From assembly GCF_000009705.1 (NCBI RefSeq), contig NC_003272.1, forward strand, positions 5,100,001-5,132,000: a stretch of DNA of 32,000 bases, read 5' to 3'. Within the stretch, counting starts at the first letter, position 1. Each line of letters starts with the position of its first letter. The position numbers and the translations under genes were made by a program. This document shows, in pieces, positions 15,552-23,398 of this stretch. Source of the DNA: Nostoc sp. PCC 7120 = FACHB-418 (GTDB lineage: Bacteria > Cyanobacteriota > Cyanobacteriia > Cyanobacteriales > Nostocaceae). Below the pieces are notes generated by a model. That model did not search any database and had not been told where the DNA came from. It saw only the letters and a list, made by a program, of their open reading frames with translations.

Positions 15552-18257
15552 ATGGTAAAGCTAACTAGCTCAAAATCGGCACGACAACGCTTCAATTTTT
15601 CCCGATGGGCAATTGAGTATTCGTGGCTGACTGTCAGTTTTTGGATTGCCGTAGCGGTAGCTGGCGCGCTGGCTTTCAGTTCCCTTAAGTATGCTTTGTT
15701 TCCAGACATTACCTTTCCGGTAGTGGTGGTAAATGCTACGGCTCCTCTGAAAACTGCCGTGGATACTGAAGCAAAGCTTACCATACCTATAGAAGAGAGT
15801 CTGCGTTCTTTAGAAGGACTAGATAATCTCCGCTCATCTAGCTATCCTGGTCAGGCTGCTGTGAGTCTGGCTTTTAGTGTAGGAACAAATCTCGAAACTT
15901 CCACTAGTAAGGTCGAAGCAGCACTCAAGCAGTTAAACCTTCCTCAAGGCGCAAGTTACAAAACTATTCCCTTGAACTTGAATGAGTCTGCTGCTGTGAG
16001 TTATGCCATTGAGAGTAATTCTCGGAATCTGGCAGATTTAACAAAGTTAGCTCAAGACCAGATTACACCAGCGATCGCTAAGTTACCAGGAGTCCTCAAA
16101 GTGTCGCTGTTGGGCGCTCCGACTGCCTCACCACCCCTGAATGCTGCCAGTGATAGCCTTGCGGCTCTTAGTCAAGGTGCAGGCACTCTAGTCAGGTTCA
16201 ATGGTCAATCAGCATTGGCATTTCAAGTAATTAAACGTGGTAACGCTAACACCTTAGAAGTTGTTAGTCGAGTCGAACAAGAAGTGCAGAAGCTCCGTGC
16301 TAATCTCCAAGATGTCAAACTTACCTTAGCCGCGACTCAAGCAGAATATATCCGCCAGGCCACTAAGTCAACCATAGATGCCCTCATAGAGGCGATCATC
16401 TTGTCCATTGTGGTGATTTATCCCTTTTTATGGAATTGGCGGGCAACTTTTATCTCCGCATTGGCTATTCCTACATCCTTGCTGGCGACATTTATCGTGA
16501 TGGCGATTTTTGGCTTCAATCTAGAAACCATTACCTTACTGGCTCTAGCATTAGTCATTGGGAGTGTAATTGATGATGCCATCCTTGATGTAGAAAATAT
16601 CTTACGGCACATTGAAGAAGGCGAAACCCCCCGCCAAGCTGCTCACTCAGCCACAGACGAAATTGGTTTGGCCGTCGTCGCCACTACCGCCGCCGCCGTA
16701 GCAGTATTCTTACCCATCGGTTTGATGGGTGGAGTAGTTGGGCAATTCTTCAAGCCTTTTGGAATCACGGTTTCGGCTTCCTATATAGCTTCTACCTTGG
16801 TTGCTCGTACCCTATCACCAGTTTTGGCTACCTATTGGCTAAAACCTGCCACACAAACTTCTCAACGAAGTGAAGCCAATATCTGGGGAAAATTTACCCA
16901 ATTTTATCGAAACTTACTCAACTGGTCTTTAAATCACCGCAAAACAGTCATCACCTTAGCCGTACTCAGTTTTGTTGCTGGTATAGCATTAATACCATTC
17001 ATCCCAAAAGGCTTTATTCCCAAACTAGACCGGGGTGAATTCAACATCACCTACACCGCACCCTTACCCAAAATCCCAGACTTGGCAGCTTTACAACTAC
17101 AAGCAGGAGCAGGACAAAGAAGTAATATTACCCAGTCCCCAATCCCCAATCCCCAATCCCCAATCCCCAATCCCCTCAACGACTCTCTAGAAGCAGCCAA
17201 AAAACTAGAAGAGGTAGTGAGAAAATCCCCAGATGTAGAAACAGTTTTTACCACAGTTGGTTCTCGTGAGGGTGAGCCGAATAAAGGAACACTGTATGTG
17301 AAGCTAAAGGAAGACCGTAAAATCCAGACTGCGGAATTACAAGACCAATTACGCTCAACTTTGCCTAGTCTCCCTGGCGTAACTACCAGTGTGGAAGATA
17401 TTCAATTTGTTGATACGGGTGGACAAAAACCTCTACAAGTAGCATTAAGCGGTAACGATTTACAAGCTCTCAATCAAACCGCTAAGAAAATTAAAGAGCG
17501 CATCGAGAAAATACCCGGATTCGCTGATGTCACAGTTACCGGCGAAACCAATACTCAGGATCAGGTTTTGCAAATTGAACGGCTGAATAATCAACGGGTA
17601 GCTTATATCAGCGCTAACTTGGGACAGGATTTATCTCTAGGTAATGCTACTGATAAGATAGTAGCGGAAGCCCAGCCCATCTTACCTGCTGGCATCACAT
17701 TAAATTTGGGAGGAGATTCGGCACGCCAAAGCGAGGTTTTTGGTAGCTTTGCTTCCACTTTGGCGTTGTCAGCACTGTGCATTATCGTCGTACTAGTTTT
17801 ATTGTTCAAAAGTTGGATAGACCCAATAGTAATCGGCGTTTCCTTACCTCTGTCCATTGTGGGTGCAATGCTGGCGTTACTCTTTACCAAGAGTGACTTT
17901 GGGATGATTTCCCTGATTGGTTTTGTCTTCTTACTGGGGTTAGCCAATAAAAACGCCATTGTCCTAGTAGATTACATCAACCAACTACGTCAAGCTGGCT
18001 TAAACCGTACAGAGGCGATTCTCAAGGCAGGCCCGGTACGTTTGCGCCCCATCATCATGACCACCATTTCCACCCTGTTAGGAATGTTACCCATCGCCTT
18101 GGGTTTGGGTGCGGGTTCAGAATTGCGATCGCCTATGGCTGTAGCGATCGCTGGTGGACTGGTAACTTCTACCATCCTCAGTTTGATTGTGATACCCGTG
18201 GTATACGCCATTTTGGACGATTGGTTTCCCCGGTTTGCCCACAAGGAGAGAAACTAA
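15552..18257 (+). CDS. AcrB/HAE1-type RND efflux permease, 901 aa, with no adjacent membrane-fusion or outer-membrane partner
   Basis: The N-terminus (FSRWAIEYSWLTVSFWIAVAVAGALAF..LKYALFPDITFPVVVVNATAP) and the two-fold layout (TM1, large loop, TM2-6, TM7, large loop, TM8-12) are AcrB-like. Its stop overlaps the hpnA start in the sequence TAATG. Confidence 0.9.
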   Translation: MVKLTSSKSARQRFNFSRWAIEYSWLTVSFWIAVAVAGALAFSSLKYALFPDITFPVVVVNATAPLKTAVDTEAKLTIPIEESLRSLEGLDNLRSSSYPGQAAVSLAFSVGTNLETSTSKVEAALKQLNLPQGASYKTIPLNLNESAAVSYAIESNSRNLADLTKLAQDQITPAIAKLPGVLKVSLLGAPTASPPLNAASDSLAALSQGAGTLVRFNGQSALAFQVIKRGNANTLEVVSRVEQEVQKLRANLQDVKLTLAATQAEYIRQATKSTIDALIEAIILSIVVIYPFLWNWRATFISALAIPTSLLATFIVMAIFGFNLETITLLALALVIGSVIDDAILDVENILRHIEEGETPRQAAHSATDEIGLAVVATTAAAVAVFLPIGLMGGVVGQFFKPFGITVSASYIASTLVARTLSPVLATYWLKPATQTSQRSEANIWGKFTQFYRNLLNWSLNHRKTVITLAVLSFVAGIALIPFIPKGFIPKLDRGEFNITYTAPLPKIPDLAALQLQAGAGQRSNITQSPIPNPQSPIPNPLNDSLEAAKKLEEVVRKSPDVETVFTTVGSREGEPNKGTLYVKLKEDRKIQTAELQDQLRSTLPSLPGVTTSVEDIQFVDTGGQKPLQVALSGNDLQALNQTAKKIKERIEKIPGFADVTVTGETNTQDQVLQIERLNNQRVAYISANLGQDLSLGNATDKIVAEAQPILPAGITLNLGGDSARQSEVFGSFASTLALSALCIIVVLVLLFKSWIDPIVIGVSLPLSIVGAMLALLFTKSDFGMISLIGFVFLLGLANKNAIVLVDYINQLRQAGLNRTEAILKAGPVRLRPIIMTTISTLLGMLPIALGLGAGSELRSPMAVAIAGGLVTSTILSLIVIPVVYAILDDWFPRFAHKERN
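17131..17175. repeat. Intragenic STRR tract of five perfect CCCCAAT units with degenerate flanking units, inside the RND permease
   Basis: cccagt is followed by ccccaat at 17137, 17144, 17151, 17158 and 17165, then cccctc. In frame the tract reads TQSPIPNPQSPIPNPL within the second periplasmic loop. Confidence 0.9.
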
Positions 18258-19240
18258 TGCGGGTCTTTGTCACGGGGGCTACGGGTTTTGTTGGTGCTAA
18301 TCTAGTGCGATTGCTGCTGCAACAAGGATACACGGTCAAAACCCTAGTCCGTCCTCAGAGCAATCTGGGTAATTTACGCGGTTTAGATGTGGAAATTGTC
18401 GAAGGAGATTTCGATAATCAGTTCCTTTGGCAACAGATGTCTGGTTGTCGCTATCTGTTTCATGTCGCAGCCCAATACTCCCTGTGGCAAAAAGACCGTG
18501 ATTTACTCTATCAAAACAATGTCCTCGGAACTTTTCAGGTGTTAGAAGCAGCCCAAAAAGCTGGAATTGAACGTACTGTTTACACCAGTTCCGTAGCCGC
18601 TATTGGGGTCAACCCCTCTGGTGAAATTGCAGATGAAACTTATCAAAGTCCCGTAGATAAGCTAATTGGACATTACAAAAAGTCCAAGTTTCTTGCAGAA
18701 CAGGAAGCTGTACAAGCCGCAGCCAAGGGACAAGATATCGTCATCGTTAACCCCAGCACCCCCATCGGCCCCTGGGATATCAAACCTACACCCACTGGCG
18801 ATATTATTCTGCGGTTCCTGCGGCGACAAATGCCCGCTTATGTGAATACAGGGCTGAATTTAATCGATGTGCGGGATGTAGCTTGGGGACATTTACTAGC
18901 CTTGGAAAAAGGCAAAAGTGGCGATCGCTATATCTTAGGTCATCAAAACCTCAGCCTCCAGCAACTACTTGAGAAACTGGCAGAAATCACAGGTTTACCC
19001 GCACCCCAATGGACTGTCCCAGGCTGGTTACCCCTAAGCGTCGCCTGGATGGAAGAAAAGATTCTCGCACCCTTGGGAAAAACTCCCTCAGTCCCTATAG
19101 ATGGTGTCCGTATGGCACAACAAACCATGTACTACGATGCCTCAAAAGCCGTCAAAGAATTAGGTTTACCCCAATCTCCTGTCGATATTGCCTTGAAAGA
19201 TGCGGTGAATTGGTTTGTTTCCCAAGGTTATGTCAAGTGA
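18257..19240 (+). CDS. hpnA: NAD-dependent epimerase/dehydratase (SDR), a hopanoid-associated sugar epimerase (HpnA-like)
   Basis: MRVFVTGATGFVGANLV is a Rossmann motif, and the catalytic YxxxK is present as YKKSK. It resembles dihydroflavonol-reductase-like HpnA proteins. I used the ATG at 18257, which overlaps the RND stop by 1 nt. Confidence 0.8.
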   Translation: MRVFVTGATGFVGANLVRLLLQQGYTVKTLVRPQSNLGNLRGLDVEIVEGDFDNQFLWQQMSGCRYLFHVAAQYSLWQKDRDLLYQNNVLGTFQVLEAAQKAGIERTVYTSSVAAIGVNPSGEIADETYQSPVDKLIGHYKKSKFLAEQEAVQAAAKGQDIVIVNPSTPIGPWDIKPTPTGDIILRFLRRQMPAYVNTGLNLIDVRDVAWGHLLALEKGKSGDRYILGHQNLSLQQLLEKLAEITGLPAPQWTVPGWLPLSVAWMEEKILAPLGKTPSVPIDGVRMAQQTMYYDASKAVKELGLPQSPVDIALKDAVNWFVSQGYVK

Positions 19241-19274
19241 GGTGAAAAAGAGGCAGGGAGAAGAAAACTATTAG

Positions 19275-19312
19275 CAACTGACAACTGACAACTAACAACT
19301 GACTAATGACTA
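19275..19312. repeat. STRR heptamer tract of five CAACTGA-like units
   Basis: The units are caactga (two copies), caactaa, caactga and ctaatga, read directly between hpnA and hpnH. Confidence 0.8.
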
Positions 19313-19327
19313 TTGAGGAGTAATACA

Positions 19328-20344
19328 GTGGCGGTTAACTTACAACAAGCGATCGATATTGGTAAGTATTTAGTTACGCAACGTTTTTTAGGACGCAAAC
19401 GTTTTCCCTTGGTATTGATGCTAGAACCACTGTTTCGCTGTAATCTAGCGTGTTCTGGTTGTGGGAAAATTCAGCATCCTACAGAGATATTGAAACAGAA
19501 TTTGACTCCCCAACAATGCTTTGCCGCAGTAGATGAATGTGGCGCACCAGTGGTTTCTATTCCTGGGGGAGAACCCCTACTGCATCCCCAGATTGACGAG
19601 ATTGTCAAGGGTTTAGTTGAACGGAAAAAGTATGTTTATTTGTGTACCAATGGCTTGTTATTGGAAAAGAGCCTAGATAAATTTCAACCCTCCCCCTACT
19701 TGACTTTTAGTGTGCATTTAGACGGTTTGCAGGAGTGGCATGATAAATGTGTAGATCGAAAAGGGGTGTTTGATATTGCCGTCAAAGCCATCAAAGCTGC
19801 CAAAGCCAAAGGTTTCCGCGTCACCACCAACACGACTATTTTTGAAGGTTGTGATCCCCAGGAAATGCAGGAATTTTTCGATTTCCTAGAAACCCTCAAC
19901 ACTGATGGCATGATGATTTCCCCAGGTTATAGTTACGACTGGGCCCCAGATCAAGACCATTTTCTCAAACGCGAGCAAACACGCGCCCTGTTTCGGGAAA
20001 TCCTCACACCCTATAAAACTGGCAAGAAAAACTGGAATTTTAACCACAACCCCTTATTTCTAGACTTTCTTGTCGGTGAGAAAGATTACGAATGCACGCC
20101 TTGGGGTAGCCCTAGTTATAGCGTTCTCGGTTGGCAAAAACCCTGTTATCTTTTGAATGAAGGACATTACACCAGCTTCAAACAACTGCTAGCAGAAACA
20201 GACTGGAGCAAATACGGCCGCGCCAGTGGTAATCCCAAGTGTGCAGATTGCATGGTTCACTGTGGCTACGAACCTACCGCCGCAATGGATGCTATGCAAC
20301 CGCAAAATATTACCCGTTCTCTTGGGAGTGTGTTTGGTAGATAG
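19328..20344 (+). CDS. hpnH: Radical SAM adenosyl-hopene transferase (HpnH)
   Basis: [20 protein letters not shown] contains the CX3CX2C cluster. The whole protein resembles HpnH, including the C-terminal Cys-rich region ([12 protein letters not shown]). I preferred the GTG at 19328 because it is preceded by GAGGAG at 19315-19320. Confidence 0.88.
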   Translation: MAVNLQQAIDIGKYLVTQRFLGRKRFPLVLMLEPLFRCNLACSGCGKIQHPTEILKQNLTPQQCFAAVDECGAPVVSIPGGEPLLHPQIDEIVKGLVERKKYVYLCTNGLLLEKSLDKFQPSPYLTFSVHLDGLQEWHDKCVDRKGVFDIAVKAIKAAKAKGFRVTTNTTIFEGCDPQEMQEFFDFLETLNTDGMMISPGYSYDWAPDQDHFLKREQTRALFREILTPYKTGKKNWNFNHNPLFLDFLVGEKDYECTPWGSPSYSVLGWQKPCYLLNEGHYTSFKQLLAETDWSKYGRASGNPKCADCMVHCGYEPTAAMDAMQPQNITRSLGSVFGR

Positions 20345-20438
20345 TAGGGATGAGGTAATGGGTGCTGGGGATTGGGGAACAGCACTCATAAGATTATTGT
20401 TGGCGTAGTCTGTGCTTGTGTATAAAAATCCAAGTATC

Positions 20439-20490
20439 TGTAGGGTGGGCATTGCCCACCAAAACCATGATACGGTGGGCAATGCCTACT
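20439..20490. repeat. Pair of GGTGGGCA(A/T)TGCC(CACC) palindromic hairpin repeats
   Basis: A 17-nt palindrome, ggtgggca-t-tgcccacc, lies at 20444-20460. A partial second copy, ggtgggcaatgcc, lies at 20474-20486. The outer arms gtaggg and gcctac are also inverted. Confidence 0.6.
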
Positions 20491-20520
20491 CTAGATGTAT
20501 TTCAGAAATCAACTATGAAC

Positions 20521-20671
20521 CCTATAGCCCAATACCGTTCAGTTAAGGCTAAAAGAACGTAGGCGCAGCCTTCTCGTAGAGTAACCCAATATCAACAGGC
20601 TTTTGTTGGGTTTCGCTATCGCTCTACCCAACCTACATTTCTTCTTAACCGAACCGTATTGCCCTATAGCC
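20521..20671. mobile_element. MITE-like element, about 150 bp
   Basis: The left end cctatagcccaataccgttcagttaagg (20521-20548) matches the reverse complement of the right end (20643-20670) at about 22 of 28 positions. The interior carries TTCTCGTAGAGTA and the hairpin gttgggtttcgc...cccaacctac. There is no ORF. Confidence 0.45.
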
Positions 20672-20699
20672 AATATTTGGAATAATTAAGGAATTCAAT

Positions 20700-21074
20700 A
20701 TGGCACAGGCGGAAAACGTAATCGGAACAGAATTAGAACTTTGTTGTTCTTCTCCCGTAACCGGGTTTTATCGTGATGGATTTTGTCAAACAGGGGCTTA
20801 CGATACTGGGATGCACGTTGTGTGCGCTCAAGTTACAGCAGAATTCTTGGAGTTTACAAAATCTCGTGGTAACGACCTAAGTACATCCTATCCTGAGTAT
20901 AATTTTCCTGGTTTGCGGCCAGGCGATCGCTGGTGTTTATGTGCAGCTCGTTGGCAAGAAGCACTGGAAGCCGGAGTTGCGCCGCCTGTAATTCTTTCAG
21001 CCACCCATGCTAGAGCATTAGAAGTATGTTCTTTAGCTGATTTGAAACAACACGCTCTCATAAATGAGGAGTAG
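20700..21074 (+). CDS. DUF2237 family protein
   Basis: The sequence LELCCSSPVTGFYRDGFCQTG..D.G.H.VCA.VT.EFL.F....GNDL....PGDRWCLCA.RW matches my memory of the conserved DUF2237 pattern. Confidence 0.8.
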   Translation: MAQAENVIGTELELCCSSPVTGFYRDGFCQTGAYDTGMHVVCAQVTAEFLEFTKSRGNDLSTSYPEYNFPGLRPGDRWCLCAARWQEALEAGVAPPVILSATHARALEVCSLADLKQHALINEE

Positions 21075-21199
21075 GGAATCAAATTTTCCCCAGTCCCCAA
21101 TACTTTTGCCGTGACTTTGCCAAAATATACAAAAACTTGTCACAATTTTTGCCAATATAATATATTATTTCCCAAAAAATTCGCTTGGCAAAAATCGGC

Positions 21200-21946
21200 A
21201 TGAGTGAAAAAACATTAGAAAGTGGCGGGAAAGCGTTTCTCGTTCTACTTTTGCCAATATCGTTTTTGGTTATTTTCCTGGTTTCTACCTGGAGATTTTT
21301 GCTGGCACTGATCGTCCTAGCCATTGGTTTCAAAATTTTCCAGGAATATCAATGGCAACAGTGGTGTCAGCGAGTTAACCCAATTTTCAATCAGTTAATT
21401 CGGGAAAACCAAGGCAAAATTACGCCTATGGATTTAGCAATTCGTGGCAATTTTCCCGGCCCGTCCGCAAAACGTTATCTAGACGGTAAAGCTTCAGAAT
21501 TTGGGGCAAGTTTACTACCAGCTGGAGAAGGCGGTGAAGTTTACTATTTCATCACAGCCAGTATTTTGGGTAGCATACTCGATAGTAGTGAGCCAGTGAA
21601 ACAGCTGGCATCTCCACCAGTGACGACAGAGGCGCGATCGCTTCTAGCACCACCACCCCCACCAGAACCAGTTCTCGCAGAGCCTGAACCTGAAACTGAA
21701 CCTGAGGCTGAATTACCGCCACCAGTTACCCATCATGAAGTTAAACCAAATCTGGAAAGACAGCTAATTTTCGGCTCCCTGATTCAATCAGAACTGGCAA
21801 AGCGTCTCAATGTATATTCCAGTACGGTGTACAAACGGCGCAATGATCCAGATTTTCCAGAATGGACTCGCAACCGCGATCCTGATGGAATCGCCTGGAC
21901 TTTTTCCGAAAGAACTAAGGAATTTTTCCCATTAGAAGAAAATTAA
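21200..21946 (+). CDS. Hypothetical membrane-anchored protein with a Pro/Glu-rich linker and a C-terminal HTH-like segment
   Basis: Two N-terminal TM helices (FLVLLLPISFLVIFLV and FLLALIVLAIGFKIF) are followed by the linker PPPPPEPVLAEPEPETEPEAELPPP. The C-terminus SELAKRLNVYSSTVYKRRNDPDFPEW resembles small MerR/AlpA-type HTHs. Confidence 0.65.
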   Translation: MSEKTLESGGKAFLVLLLPISFLVIFLVSTWRFLLALIVLAIGFKIFQEYQWQQWCQRVNPIFNQLIRENQGKITPMDLAIRGNFPGPSAKRYLDGKASEFGASLLPAGEGGEVYYFITASILGSILDSSEPVKQLASPPVTTEARSLLAPPPPPEPVLAEPEPETEPEAELPPPVTHHEVKPNLERQLIFGSLIQSELAKRLNVYSSTVYKRRNDPDFPEWTRNRDPDGIAWTFSERTKEFFPLEEN

Positions 21947-21987
21947 GGCAGCAGTGTTTTTATTGGTCATTGCTCAGTCATCGTTAA

Positions 21988-22019
21988 TAAAAACTCCACC
22001 CACAAGGGGATGGAGTTTT
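21988..22019. terminator. Hairpin with flanking A- and T-tracts, a candidate bidirectional terminator between the 21200 gene and pyrD
   Basis: aaaactccaccc-acaa-ggggatggagtttt forms a stem with one mismatch. The flanking A and T runs allow function on both strands. Confidence 0.45.
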
Positions 22020-22104
22020 GTCGGTAGTCAGTCGTCAGTAGTTAGTGGCAAAGATATGTAGAAACCACGCCACTTGCGGGTTGGGGTATTAGACCAGATC
22101 CTTT

Positions 22105-22181
22105 CAACAACTGACAACTGACAACTGACACGCGAAGCTTAATAAACTATTGACTGTGGACTATTGACTATTGGCTGATTA
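22105..22181. repeat. Two STRR tracts: three CAACTGA units at 22108-22128 and CTATTGA-like units at 22147-22181
   Basis: Read directly. The second tract overlaps the pyrD stop codon (22179-22181). Confidence 0.75.
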
Positions 22182-23315
22182 ACTTTTAAATTCTAAGCCT
22201 ATAGCTTCGCTGATGGAATTTAATTCATGTTCTTCTAACTTGGACAGCAACCCGGTTAAAATCTGGCTCACCATCATTGGGCCTTGGTAAATCCAGCCCG
22301 TATAAACTTGAATCAGGCTGGCTCCAGCAGTAATTTTTGCCCAAGCATCTTCAGGGGTAAATATGCCCCCAACTCCAATGATGGGAATTTCTCCCTGGGT
22401 TTGCTGCCAAATAAAACGAATGATTTCCGTGGAGCGATCGCGCACTGGCGCACCGCTAATTCCTCCAGCTTCTTCTTGGGGTGCCTTGCCTGTTTGCTCA
22501 ATCACTTGAGTTTTCAGTCCATCACGGCGAATTGTGGTGTTAGTAGCGATAATACCTGCTAACTGGTAGGTTTTAGCCAATCCAATAATGTCAGCGATCG
22601 CTTCCCATTCTAAATCCGGTGCTATCTTGACAAATATAGGTTTATGTGAATTATTTTCCTTTTGTAAGACATCCAAGATAGAACTGAGCATTGAGGCATC
22701 TTGGAGCGATCGCAAACCCGGAGTATTGGGAGAAGATACATTAACTACAAAATAGTCACCCAACTCCTTGAGTAAGCGAAAACTATTTAAATAATCTTCG
22801 GCGGCGGCTTCTAAGGGTGTCACCTTAGATTTACCCAAATTGATACCTATAGGGATGGAAAACTGCCCTTTTTCATCAGCCAAGCGTGCAGCCATCACCG
22901 CCGCACCATGATTATTAAAGCCCATGCGGTTAAGAGCAGCTTGATCCAACGGCAAGCGAAACAGACGCGGGGGAGGATTACCAGGTTGTCCGACAAATGT
23001 GACTGTTCCCAGTTCCGCAAAGCCAAAACCTAAACTAGACCAAATTCTAGCTGCTACACCATCCTTATCAAAACCAGCAGCCAAACCCACAGGATTGGGA
23101 AACCTTAAGCCAAACAAATTCTGCTCCAGCCGAGAATCTTCTAGACAAAGTGACTTTTGTAGGATATTTTGCACCCACTTAGTACTTGTGCGATCGCTTG
23201 TGTGTGACAGCCAACTCAAACTCCTCATTGTTTGCTGATGTAACCACTCAGGATCGGCCTTTACCAAATCAAATAAAAGCGGACGAACTGCAAATTTATA
23301 TATATCCATAGTCAA
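22179..23315 (-). CDS. pyrD: Dihydroorotate dehydrogenase (quinone), class 2
   Basis: Conserved blocks include [42 protein letters not shown] and GGISG. The N-terminal extension is typical of membrane-associated class 2 enzymes. Confidence 0.93.
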   Translation of the reverse strand: MTMDIYKFAVRPLLFDLVKADPEWLHQQTMRSLSWLSHTSDRTSTKWVQNILQKSLCLEDSRLEQNLFGLRFPNPVGLAAGFDKDGVAARIWSSLGFGFAELGTVTFVGQPGNPPPRLFRLPLDQAALNRMGFNNHGAAVMAARLADEKGQFSIPIGINLGKSKVTPLEAAAEDYLNSFRLLKELGDYFVVNVSSPNTPGLRSLQDASMLSSILDVLQKENNSHKPIFVKIAPDLEWEAIADIIGLAKTYQLAGIIATNTTIRRDGLKTQVIEQTGKAPQEEAGGISGAPVRDRSTEIIRFIWQQTQGEIPIIGVGGIFTPEDAWAKITAGASLIQVYTGWIYQGPMMVSQILTGLLSKLEEHELNSISEAIGLEFKS

Positions 23316-23398
23316 TAGCCAATAATTTTAATTTCCCCAACCCCCAGTCACCGCTCCCTTTCATCCAGAAATATCAATCAATACCCGTAAAGATATTA

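Noticed and set aside
15473-15784. A 103-aa minus-strand ORF spanning the RND start region
   Set aside because: Two thirds of it is antisense to the well-supported N-terminus of the RND permease. It has no recognisable motifs, and the remainder is promoter-region sequence.
20189-20482. ORFs 20189-20482 (minus strand) and 20226-20408 (plus strand) at the hpnH 3' end
   Set aside because: They overlap the hpnH C-terminus antisense or out of frame and then run through STRR and palindromic repeats. They are artefacts of repeat sequence that lacks stop codons.
21079-21333. An 84-aa minus-strand ORF, and the 70-aa minus-strand ORF at 20888-21100
   Set aside because: They are antisense to the DUF2237 gene and to the start of the 21200 membrane-protein gene. 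No motifs are present.
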